This document shows positions 48,001-58,370 of a stretch of 64,000 bases of DNA, one piece after another. The notes below the pieces were generated by a model, which was given only the letters and a program-made list of their open reading frames with translations, ran no database searches and was not told where the DNA came from. The position numbers and the translations under genes are program-made. The DNA comes from Eremomyces bilateralis CBS 781.70 (Eukaryota): NCBI GenBank assembly GCA_010015585.1, contig ML975154.1; one strand, 5' to 3'. How positions within the stretch are numbered: the stretch's first letter is position 1; every line of letters begins with the position of its first letter.

Positions 48001-51000
48001 GATGCCAACATCGACGAACCACGACTTGTAAGCCGTGTACAACGCATTGAAGCAAGCCACATCATCCTCCTGTTTCTCCGAAAGGAACACATGGACCCGA
48101 TGCAGTGTCTCACCGACATCCCTTCGGAGCTGGTGGATCAGTTTATACTGGTCTCCCTCCCGGTCAAGCGAGTATCCCGTTTCATACTGAAACGTCGGCT
48201 TCACCTCCTCATCTTCCGCCTCACCCAAGTTCGCCTCGGTCTCATTCGCATCGCTTTCCGGCTCCTCCGCTGCGGGATCTTTCATGACGATGTCGGTTGA
48301 CCCATTCGGTAAGTCCGTGTCGCCATGTCCGGCCTCAATCTCATGGATCTCATGCGCCGGATCGAAGAGGACCGAAATTCCCGACAAAATCAACCGCAGA
48401 AGCACTAGATGGCGCGACACCTCGTCGCTCCAATCTTTCCCCGTGCCATCCCGTTTTGTCGGCGGATTCTCGCTCGTCAACGCCGTCAACGACTTCAGCG
48501 CATGCCGCGTCTCGTTCTGAAACACCTCGATCGCGAACTCGATCTCCGCCGCCTTCGGCACGTGCCAGCTGATCTGCATGTTCTGCTTATCGGGAAGCTT
48601 CCCCCAATCGGCGGGCGTCAACCCGCGCTCTAACTCCGCCTTCTCGTAGATCGAGAAATCGATCGTGTAGGTCACCGTCAAGTTGAGCAGCAGATGGTGC
48701 ACGAAATTCGAGATGTGGACTGTCGGAATCCCTTTGCAGGATTTCTGCATGTGTTCCGCGATCCCGATCAGCTCGTCCTTCCATTTCAGCACGCTGTCTC
48801 CCACGTGCACCACGCACATGCTTAATAGACTGATATTCCAGACGAGCGCGCGGTCGCGGGGGAGGACCTCGGATCCCGTGGTACGGGTGGAGCCAGCGCC
48901 GTTGTCATCGATCTCGGTGCGGATGCCGGCGATGAGGGTGGGGAGGAGGCGGTCGAGGGCCTTTTTGGGGTTGATTTTGACGAGGGCATTGCAGATGAAC
49001 GCCATGGCGTCGCGGGCTTGGTGGATGACGTGGTTGCTGACGAACTGGGCGATCTTGTTCAGCGCGATGTCGTAGAGCTCGGGGGAGAGAGTTGCGAGGA
49101 GCGGGGTGAAGGTCGCCGGAAGGGTGTTGACGACGCTCTCCTCTGGCGATCCGCTCTTAACTCGGGATGAGTCTGGTAGATTCTCAAGGAGGGTGAAGAC
49201 TCGGCCGATGAATTGCATGACGAACTCCGCGAGTCCCATCGTAGAAGACCGGAGGATCGCTTCCTCTTGTTCCGGCGTCATCTCCTTCTCATAGTCGATC
49301 TCGATATCCCCGCCTTCTTTTTCCAGTCTTTGTAGCTGTTCTTGAACCCACAACACCGCGGTACCTTCCGAATCCTCGGTCGAATACGCTGAATTCTCCT
49401 CGCCGTTCGGAATATTTTCATCCGTGTGGGGCTTCTCTTTCGTCAGGTCGCAGAGTGGAATGCAGTAGCTCACATTTTGGATGTAGGCCAGCGTCTGCAA
49501 CGTCTTCTCCAAATCGTTCGGATCGATACCGGGGAGACAGAGCCCTAATAGGGACATGACATGGCACCGATATCCTCGCGTGCGCGCCATGACCTTCGCG
49601 AGCATCTGGAGCGCTCGGATGGACGAAATCGTGCGATGGACCTCGACCAACCCCTGCAGGGCCGGGTAGATCCTCTGGAGCGCGCCGGGGATGATTAGAT
49701 TGGGTTCGAGGTACGCGAGGCTCTGCAAGCTCGACAGCGCGTACGAGATTGCGGCATGGCTCTTCGAGAAGATGGTCATGAACGTCACCTCCCGCAGACA
49801 CAGGACGAAGCGCCGCTTCACCTCGTCGGTCAGCCGGCGGCCTTCCGGGACTTCCATCTCGCCGCTGTGCTCGCGGTTCCAGCGCATGACGAAGAAGTCG
49901 GTCAGGTAGTATACAAGCTGTGAAAGCGAGCGCGTCCAGCTCCCGGAATTGGAGGGGTGGAAATACGTTTCCACCGCTTCGATCAGTCCTTCCAAATTCG
50001 ACAATATCGATCGCTCGTTATCCAGGCACGCTGGGGAGAGGGACATCACGATCCATCGAGCGATGTTATGCGTGATGGGATGCTTTCGAGGATCCCGCTC
50101 TAGGAGCGCCGCCAACCCCGACGTGTTATCCACATGTGAGCTATACGGCGACGAGGACTGGACGAGTGGGATCTCCAGCAGCCGCAAGATGGCCGTGAAG
50201 ATCAGGTTCGATTGGTCTTCGGTGTAGATGCCATGCTGCGACCAGGGAAGATGCTCGGTGATCAGACAATCCCTCGCGAGGCGGGAGAGCAGGTCCAAGA
50301 AATGCATGTCGAACACCCGCGACCGGTTCACGAGCGACCAGAGATGGAAGAACGTCGGCATGTAATGCTGCGGCTGGAGATCCGGCCGATCTTTCGGGCC
50401 CGGGGTGGTGGGAAACAGCAGATTTAGGAGGCCGACGACGGTGAAGGCGCCCTCGGTGAAGGAGGTGGTGAAGTGCGGGAGGAACTCCTCGAGCATGGCG
50501 GGGATCTCGCGCGGGTCGAAGTAGAGTTGGGCAAAGGTGCACATCTTGTTGAGGGTGCGGACATTGCGGCGGATGGCGCCGCTGGACGAGCCACCGGTGC
50601 TATTGGGGAGGACGAAGATTTTGAGCTCCTTGAAGAGGGGACGCCAGTCAAGGGTGAGGTCTTTTCCGTTACGGAGGTAGTGTTTTCGTCTGGACGGATG
50701 GTCAGTCAGTTTGGGCGCTGGCAAGGCTGAGCGATAGGATGTCAACATACTTTGTCAGAGTCATAAATGTGCCCGCGAATCTCTCCGCCGTCAACACTTC
50801 CAACCCCGGAGCCAGTGCCAGCTCATAATATAACCTCACCAACTTCACCCTCGTGTCTCGCGGCAAGTCGAACTTCAACGACAGCCATCCTCGCAGCTCC
50901 CTCGTCCAATGGGTCGCACCAGGGGCGAAATCCCCTGCCGACACAGCGACATACAGATGCTCGACGATGGTGTTCAAGTTCTGCTCGTGTTCCTTGGTCG

Positions 51001-51202
51001 TCTCGGTCGGATAGGGAAGATGCTTGAAGTACGGAAACGTCCGTGGTCGCGATCGGCTCTCCTTGGGGCGATCGAGGCCGTTGGGAACGTTCGATGCATC
51101 GTGCGGGTTGCCTCCGGGGGAGGTGGCACGTGAGATGTCGGAGTTTAAGCCTATGCCAGAGTATGTGCTCACCAACTGAGCTATTCTATCTGCTCCTGCC
51201 AT
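45096..51202 (-). CDS. BLM10: Proteasome activator Blm10/PA200, 3 exons
   Basis: About 2000-aa HEAT-type protein; ETYFHPSNSGSW, LPGIDPNDLEKT, RHAAVLGLGALVQAFPY, FKKTRQDTW; C-terminal LWKSYFA* (HbYX-like motif). Confidence 0.95.
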
Positions 51203-52085
51203 GGTCTGCCGTTGTCGTGGACCTCACTCAACTGCGGAGCTGTCGGGGGAGTGGTGTGTGTGTAGGCAGAACAGCTCGGACTGCATGAGAGAGTCCGGAG
51301 ATGTGGACAAGAGTATGGATTGAATGGGGGAATCCGGATCGGATGGTGAGGGAAGAGGTATTGATTGGATTCCAGAAAGAAGAGAGGAAGGAGCGATCAG
51401 GCTTTGAGACGGTGAGATGGTGGGTTGGATGCAGTGTGATCAATGGTAGCAGTAATCACAACAGCAGCAGGTGCATGTGTCGTTCGTTACTGCAGTGTAC
51501 GCTGGACTGCGGTGCTTCAAGTGCAAGGGGAAAGAGCTATGGCCACTTCTGTGCTTCCAGTTCTGTACCAGTGCCGTCCAGTGGAGGAGTCCAAAAGTGA
51601 GGCAGTAAGGCAGTGAGGCAATACCGCAGCAAGACTGCCTGATGCTAATGTCACTCAACAACTGACCTCTCACAGCAAAGTATTTCCCAACACAGAAACT
51701 CTCGCTGCACAGAGGGCACAGTTGAACCACCCTTCTGGATATTTCACCTGCAGTCGGCGCTTATCCGCAGAACCCGAAGCGAAAAAGAGAAAGAGATCGG
51801 TCGAAAATCAAAGAACGAGCGGCTGTTCGGGGCGTGAGCCGCTATTTGAGGTTTTCGAGAAGCTCAGGCATCAACGTCAATACGCAAGCAGACGAGACCA
51901 GAGCACACGACCAGGGCGGAAGCCCAGAACGCGTCGCGGGTTGACGGCGAAATCGGCTCCTAACATAATCCTCTACCTTTTTAATCTGGAGGATTTAGTC
52001 AGACGAAGCCGCCTCCCTCGGATTCGAATCTACACGTAATTCCGGAGCCTAACCGGCGCTGAACTGCTGATTCACCGCATCCGCA

Positions 52086-52927
52086 ATGTCTTACTACGAT
52101 GTGGACGCCATCTTGACCGATGCACAGGCAAGCCAACCCGCATGCCCATCACGAGAAAAGATGCTAAGTTTTGGGAAATAGAAAGTACCGTGTACCTTCG
52201 AGTTGACGGTTCCTGGATTGGGTCACCTGGAAGGCAACCCTGGTGCTGAAGTGCGTTGCTATCCCCCATCCTCCATTTCTTCTCTGACGAATATACAGGT
52301 AAAAGAAGGCACCAAACTCGAGCTCCCCCTGTGGCTTGCGCAAATGCTCGCAATCACGTAATGCTCATAACATAGTATTTCCTATCTACCTCCCGCTAAC
52401 CAACCACAGCCCCGCCGGCACCAAACCCGGAATGATTACCCTCGACCTCCCCGACTCTCTCTCCCAGAAAGTCACCAACGCCCTCCGCGCCGACCCACGC
52501 ACCGTCGAGCTGCGGTCGCTGGCGCCGCATTTCTTTAACTTAGGCACGCGGATGCTGGATTTGTTTGAAGAGGAGGAGTTGAGTGATTTGTTGACGGAGG
52601 TGAGTCGCATCCCATCCGAGCACGATGGGCTGGAATGCAGCTTGGGTGATGTGGATCCGAATGGCTGACGTTGATGATCCATTGACTAGTCCTTCAAACT
52701 CCGCGCGAAGGAGTTGGCGGACCATGCGCATAATCCGCGCGGAGCGCTCGGGGAAGGGGCGGAGTTTCTGCAGGGGTTGGACGAGAATGAGCGGCGCTGT
52801 AAGTGCACCACTTTCCCATCTTGATTCTCTTTATGGTCCAGTCATCTGATGCAAGATAGTGTTTCGTGCAACGCATGAAGGCGCCAAAGCCGTCCGGGCA
52901 TGGCTGGTGGGGATGCAGAAGAAATAA
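52086..52927 (+). CDS. PSF3: GINS complex subunit Psf3, multi-exon (first intron GC-AG)
   Basis: MSYYDVDAILTDAQ|KVPCTFELTVPGLGHLEGNPG; LELPLWLA; LSQKVTNALRADPRTVELRSLAPHF; FLQGLDENER; HEGAKAVRAW. Confidence 0.92.
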
Positions 52928-52986
52928 TCTATCTTTAATGGATGGCGCGGGAATTGTGTCGAGCAAGTAGTCCGTGAAAAGACCGT

Positions 52987-54426
52987 TCATTTCTGGAGAG
53001 CTTGGAGGATGGTTTGAGCTTGCTCGGCAGAATAACCGAAGAACACCGGTCCGTTGAAGATCATCTGCGGCCGCTTCGCCCCGTCGTCCTGCTGGGGTTG
53101 AAGGAGCTTCTGGCCATCTTCGTCCATAACCACAGCATGTAAGCCGTTTGGCTTGTCGGCCGAAGCGAGCTTTTCAGTTGCCTTTCCCAGCGGGCATCCA
53201 CCCTTATCTGCGCCCTTCGATTCCTCCCGTTGCCGAGCCTCCGCCTTCTCCTCATATTCAACCGGGATCGGCACCCCCCACGGCCGCGTCGGCGACTCTC
53301 CCAACCGCACCTCCCGCAGCGGCCGATCGAACCGCTGCTCTCTCCCATCCTTCACCTCCGAGCCATCCCTCCGCTCCGGCTTGCGCACCTCCTCACTCCA
53401 CTGCTGCACCCGCTCCCCGCTCGCCTCCATCTGTAACTCCTCCTCCTCTTTCGGTGGTAGCAGATCTTTGTGCTTCACGCTCAGCCCCTGGATCATGCTC
53501 ACCATATTCCCATACTTCGCATCCAGCCGCCGCACGCTGTCGGAATTCGTCTGATACCTCCGCACACACACCTCGTGGCTCCGCGGGATCTCGTGCTTGT
53601 GCTTTTGGAAGTACTCCGCGATCTCCTCCGGGGAATGGAGGTCGAGATACCGAATCGGGCACACCGCCGTGGAGCTGTCGCCCGAGCCGGAGGGACAGGA
53701 GAAAGGGATGCTGGTGGGCGCGGCGGTGCCGAGTTCGGCGGCGATGGGGTCACCTACGGCAGAGCTAGCATCGGCGGGGTTTGCAGAGATATGGGCGGAT
53801 GGGAGGGTTAGTTTAGATTGCCGCGACGCGAAGGGACATCCGATAGCGGGTTGAGCATTATTTTTCGGGGACGCGGGTTTCCCCGAGACGGGACAGCGGG
53901 CGGCGTTGTTCATCCCGTCAATGAGATTATTTGCTATTTGAATGTCCAAGGCTCGCTTTCTGCGGGTATCATCCGGGTGGTCTAGGAGGACGGACAACCA
54001 GTTCGTGCAGGTATCATGCGATGATCGTTGACATGGCTCTTTCTTATTGTCGATACACCCCCCTCGACTATGTAAGTGCTCTTCGATATCAGCCGGCTGT
54101 GAAGGGGTCCCTTGTGACCCGACCTAAGTATGCAGCGTCAGTGATCGGTTCCATCGAAGTTTGCATGGAAATTTCAGCGGCAGGATATTATATCAGAGAG
54201 TGTGTAAAGTGTAGTCGGTCACCGCTGCGTACAGCTAGCGATCTAGAGCTATGTTTGATCATCATAGAATATCAAAGGGTATATAAGTACGATAGGAATG
54301 TTCAACGCTTACCGGGCATCGTCCGTCGAGCTTTGCTTGGAGTGCACGACATTCCTGGAAAAGAACCTGCATCTCCTCGTTCAAGGCCGAATAGCCTCGA
54401 ACGATTTCATCGAGTGTGGAACCCAT
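52987..54426 (-). CDS. Conserved-type hypothetical protein with several Cys-Pro motifs, multi-exon
   Basis: Main ORF 52987..53997 (CPIRYLDLHSPEEIAEYFQKHKHEIPRSHEVCVRRYQ; PTRPWG; FNGPVFFGYSAEQA). A plausible first exon MGSTLDEIVRGYSALNEEMQVL...|GTAAGC starts at 54426. Confidence 0.7.
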
Positions 54427-54758
54427 GATGATATTATTGCAATCCGCTAAAACTTAAAAGTAGCGAAATGAAAAGGCATTAGTGTTCGTCAGTCATGATT
54501 GTCAGCTGTTGCCTCCGAGTTGAAATGTGAAGGAGGAGAAGAGATCAGCGGAAGTCGAAAGCAATATAAATACTAGTCACGTGAATCTCCACTTCGACAT
54601 CCTACCCCTGCGCATCGTCCATTGAAGGAAATCTTGACTCTTAAGCTTCGTATCAAAACTCGAAAGTCCACCCTCTATCACACCACAACCTTCATCTACC
54701 CAACACCAAAAGAGCATGGAACCACACCACTTATAGTCGCTCGACTCTCTCAAAAGCG

Positions 54759-55505
54759 ATGGCCTCGTCCTTTTCCCGCGCCTTCTGGCGCTCCCGCGCT
54801 TCCCTCCAATCCTTCCACCATCCCGCCCGTCGAGCTACCCTCACCACTACGTCGCACTCCACGCACCCGGAATCCTCGATCCTCTCTGCCCTCAACACGC
54901 GGACCACCAAACCCGCCAAATCCTTCCCACCAATTCCCCCGTTCCCCAAACAGCCGACATCCACCATCGCGAAGCAACCCTCCGCGACCTCGACTCCGGC
55001 AGCACAACCACCTGCCGCGACCGAAGCATCACCCCCGGAACCGAGCTCAGCAACCCCCAAGGAAACCTCCCAATCCATCCCCCAACTCCTTCCCCTCCTT
55101 CGCTCCCAACCTCCCTACTACATCCAAGCCCACATCCACGGCAAACCCTACCTCCTCACGCAAGGCGACACCCTCCGCCTTCCTTTCCACATGTCCGGCG
55201 TCGCCCCCGGCGACGTCCTCCGCCTGACCCGTGCTTCCGTCCTCGGCTCGCGAGACTACGCGCTGAAAGCGGGAAGCGCGCCGAAAACCGAGGGAGCAAC
55301 GGCGCAGTGGGTGGATGAGCGGCTCTTTGTGTGCAGGGCGACGGTGATGGGGGTGGAGAGTGAGCCGATGCGGGTGGTGGAGAAGAAGAAGCAGAGGACG
55401 AGGAAGACGAAGCATGTTAAGAGTAAGATGAAGTTTACGGTGTTGAGGGTGGGGGAGTTGACAGTGAGGAGTTTGGAGGAGGCGGGGTGGACGGAGGGGG
55501 TATGA
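54759..55505 (+). CDS. MRPL49: Mitochondrial large ribosomal subunit protein bL21m
   Basis: Presequence; YYIQAHIHGKPYLLTQGDTLRLPF; LRLTRASVLGSRDY; RATVMGVESEPMR..KKKQRTR...FTVLRV. Confidence 0.9.
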   Translation: MASSFSRAFWRSRASLQSFHHPARRATLTTTSHSTHPESSILSALNTRTTKPAKSFPPIPPFPKQPTSTIAKQPSATSTPAAQPPAATEASPPEPSSATPKETSQSIPQLLPLLRSQPPYYIQAHIHGKPYLLTQGDTLRLPFHMSGVAPGDVLRLTRASVLGSRDYALKAGSAPKTEGATAQWVDERLFVCRATVMGVESEPMRVVEKKKQRTRKTKHVKSKMKFTVLRVGELTVRSLEEAGWTEGV

Positions 55506-55815
55506 GAGATTGTTTCGTATACGCCTGTACGGCCATAGTGAATTTTTGGGCGCCAGAGAGCAACTGGAGAAGCTCGGCTCATAACTTTGTTGTACAGGAC
55601 GTTTCTGTACGGGTGAATTGTATAAGCATCTAGCATTTTCCATATGTATCAACCCCTTCATGAGAATCTTCCGTGGGACAAGACTATTCATATCATTGCG
55701 TAAAACAAGATGGGACGCATTATTGTCTATATTTCAGGTAAAATCCCATGAACCCAAGGTCCTATTATGGAATTGTGCTACATTGGCCGATCTCGGCTGA
55801 CCAGGACTACCAATC

Positions 55816-57348
55816 TCACTCCGTCACCACCACCGGAGTCCACCCATTCAGAACAAACGCCGGATTGCTATAATCCTGAATGATCTGCGCATCCTTCGGC
55901 AACTTCAACTGCCGCGACACATTGTGCCGTTTCGACGTATCCACCAGCACGCCCTCCAGATCCGTCGTAGCATACTCCCAGAATTTCACATTGCTCGTAT
56001 CAAACGGCGGCCCCTGAATCGGGTCCCACCCCTCCGCCGACACCCCGCTCGTCTTCGTGTTGATCAGCACCATCTCCGCAAAGGGGAAGTTCGCCGTCGT
56101 GTTCCCCTTTCCGTTGTTCGGAAGGCGGCCGTAGACCGATTTGACCTTCTGGCCGGCGGGGTTCTCGGGGGTGACGGTCCACGGCAGCGGCTCGTCGATG
56201 GCGGCGAGGGTGGAGTTGACGAAGACGTTGCCGTGGCTGCCCTCGGGGGTACGGGTCCAGGTGAAGGGGCCGATGGAGTCGATGCGGCTGCGGAGGTAGT
56301 AGACGGCGGCGTAGCCGAGGACTGTGTCGCCGTGGCCGATGATGCTACTGTCGACGAAGTAGATGGTGCCGTAGGTGGTGAAGGCGTCGCCGGAGCCGTT
56401 GAGGGACACGTGGTCGATGATTATCCGCTCACCGCGGACGAGGAGGGCCTCGGCTTGGCCGATGAAGTAGTTGTTAATGGTGAGGCTGCTGAGTTGGATG
56501 TCCGTGGTGTTGTACAGGGTAAAAGCAGGACGTCTAGATGGGCCTCCGCGAGACGGATTGAAGGCGCTGTTATTGGGATATCCAACGATGGTCTTCTCAC
56601 GGCTTTGGCCACGGATGACGAGGTTCCGCTTATTCTGGATGAAGATGAGCTCTTCATAGTTCCCGTCCTTGACATAGATATTTACGCGCTGAGCGTAATT
56701 TTCCGGAACGAAGTCCACCGCCCCCTGTACGGTGTTGAAGTCCCCACGTCCATCATTCGACACGGTCAAGCGCTTTGATTCGAGGGATGGGGGGAACAAC
56801 TTGGTCGAGAAGATCCATGGTGATCGATCCGAGAAACCGTCAAACGTTCCTTTTGAGGCCTTCAACACCTCGGGGTCGACGGTCACCTTGTACACCCTCC
56901 CGTATTTAAGCACATTGTTATGCGGGTAGATAGTCGCAACATTGCCACGGACAATGATTGGGAAGAAATAGAAATCCAGACCGCCAATAATGTTGACCTG
57001 GTATGGATTTTTATCATTGGGATCTGCAGGGGGTGGAGATGTGGTTGATCCATCGGCTGTCGGAGCCCTGCCACTTGGATTCGGTGACGCCGGGATGCTC
57101 ATGTTCAGCGTATCGACCACCTTGTTGGCGAAGACATCGTAAATCCGAATGAGTCCAGAGTTACCGATCTCCGGAGGGCTGTCAAATTCGAGGACAAGGT
57201 GCGTGTCCGGATTGACGGTGAAATCTCCCTGAGGTGGGAAGGTCTTCACCTTATTCTGAGGCTTGGTAGGCGGCGGATGGCCGTATGCGTCTTGCGCCGT
57301 GGCGTGGCCCAACGCCAAACAAATGGCGGTGATGGTTCCAATCTTCAT
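55816..57348 (-). CDS. Secreted CE8 pectin methylesterase-like protein with an N-terminal Ig-like domain, intronless
   Basis: Signal peptide MKIGTITAICLALGHATA; CE8 motifs VSNDGRGDFNTVQGAVD, GNYEE, GQSREKT, QAEAL, GHGDTVLG and FWEY. About 160-aa beta-rich N-terminal domain. Confidence 0.85.
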   Translation of the reverse strand: MKIGTITAICLALGHATAQDAYGHPPPTKPQNKVKTFPPQGDFTVNPDTHLVLEFDSPPEIGNSGLIRIYDVFANKVVDTLNMSIPASPNPSGRAPTADGSTTSPPPADPNDKNPYQVNIIGGLDFYFFPIIVRGNVATIYPHNNVLKYGRVYKVTVDPEVLKASKGTFDGFSDRSPWIFSTKLFPPSLESKRLTVSNDGRGDFNTVQGAVDFVPENYAQRVNIYVKDGNYEELIFIQNKRNLVIRGQSREKTIVGYPNNSAFNPSRGGPSRRPAFTLYNTTDIQLSSLTINNYFIGQAEALLVRGERIIIDHVSLNGSGDAFTTYGTIYFVDSSIIGHGDTVLGYAAVYYLRSRIDSIGPFTWTRTPEGSHGNVFVNSTLAAIDEPLPWTVTPENPAGQKVKSVYGRLPNNGKGNTTANFPFAEMVLINTKTSGVSAEGWDPIQGPPFDTSNVKFWEYATTDLEGVLVDTSKRHNVSRQLKLPKDAQIIQDYSNPAFVLNGWTPVVVTE

Positions 57349-58370
57349 GTTGAAGGGATCTTACGATTGCTTTGGAACAACTGGACAGGACCATGAACGC
57401 CATCTTGAGAAACGGACTCGAGCACCTATAAATAATTCAAAGGCAAGAGTAATTTGATACGGAGATATAACTTGAGTATAGCATGACTCGATATTATCTC
57501 GGTCTAAGCGCTGTACGAGAGTACGACAAGACGGACAAATACAAGTGAGATTAGATTACCTATCATAAATGGTAAACCCAAGTTAGCGGACTCCTCCATC
57601 ACCACTTACCAGCTTCCCCGGATGTTGAAGTGGGTCAATTGTTGTCAAACCAGGCTTGCGATATGCTAGTAATCGAATACGAAAATTATACACCAATAGA
57701 AAGGACTCTGAGAATATAAACGATCGTTAAGCCATCGAAGACTACGATGGCATGCAGGCGGATGCAAGCACACCATCATGTCAAACATGCGATGACAACT
57801 GAACTGATGATAGGACTAGCCACTAAGGACTTGGGGTTCACGTCTGCCGACTGCCGACTGCCGATCGCTGTCCAATTGACAGAAAATACCTAGGCATCTT
57901 TCGCGCCTAAAAGAGGGGAGAAATCTTTGCAAGTCAAGCTCTCTACCCATACGCTTGACGCAGTTGAGAATGATGGGATTCTTCACCACTGATGGCAGAA
58001 TACAGGAAGGAGGCGGAGATAGTGGTTCGACTAGAAGCTCCTCCACACTGTAGGTATGGGAAAAGAAGAACATTATGAATACCGTGGATTTTGAGGAGAG
58101 ACAAGGAGTGATAAAAACATTGAATCCCAATTGAACGCACAAACATTCTGTGAGTGATTGTGTACGTATATTTGGCGGCACGAAAATCGATCTTGCATTA
58201 ACTACTGAGTTGCAACTGCAAAATATTTAAGGCAATAAGGCAATAATCCAACTCGTGTGAGGCACCCAATTTTAGCGGACGACGGGGACAAATTGCGCTA
58301 TCCAAGCAAGTTGAATGTTTGAAAGTTTCAACTTCATCTTGACCAGAAGCCACAGTCTCCAAGATACCCA

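Noticed and set aside
45262..50730. Many long + strand ORFs antisense to BLM10 (likewise within GSY1, MPS1, MTG2 and the CE8 gene)
   Set aside because: Expected shadows of high-GC3 codon usage; low-complexity R/P/G translations with no motifs.
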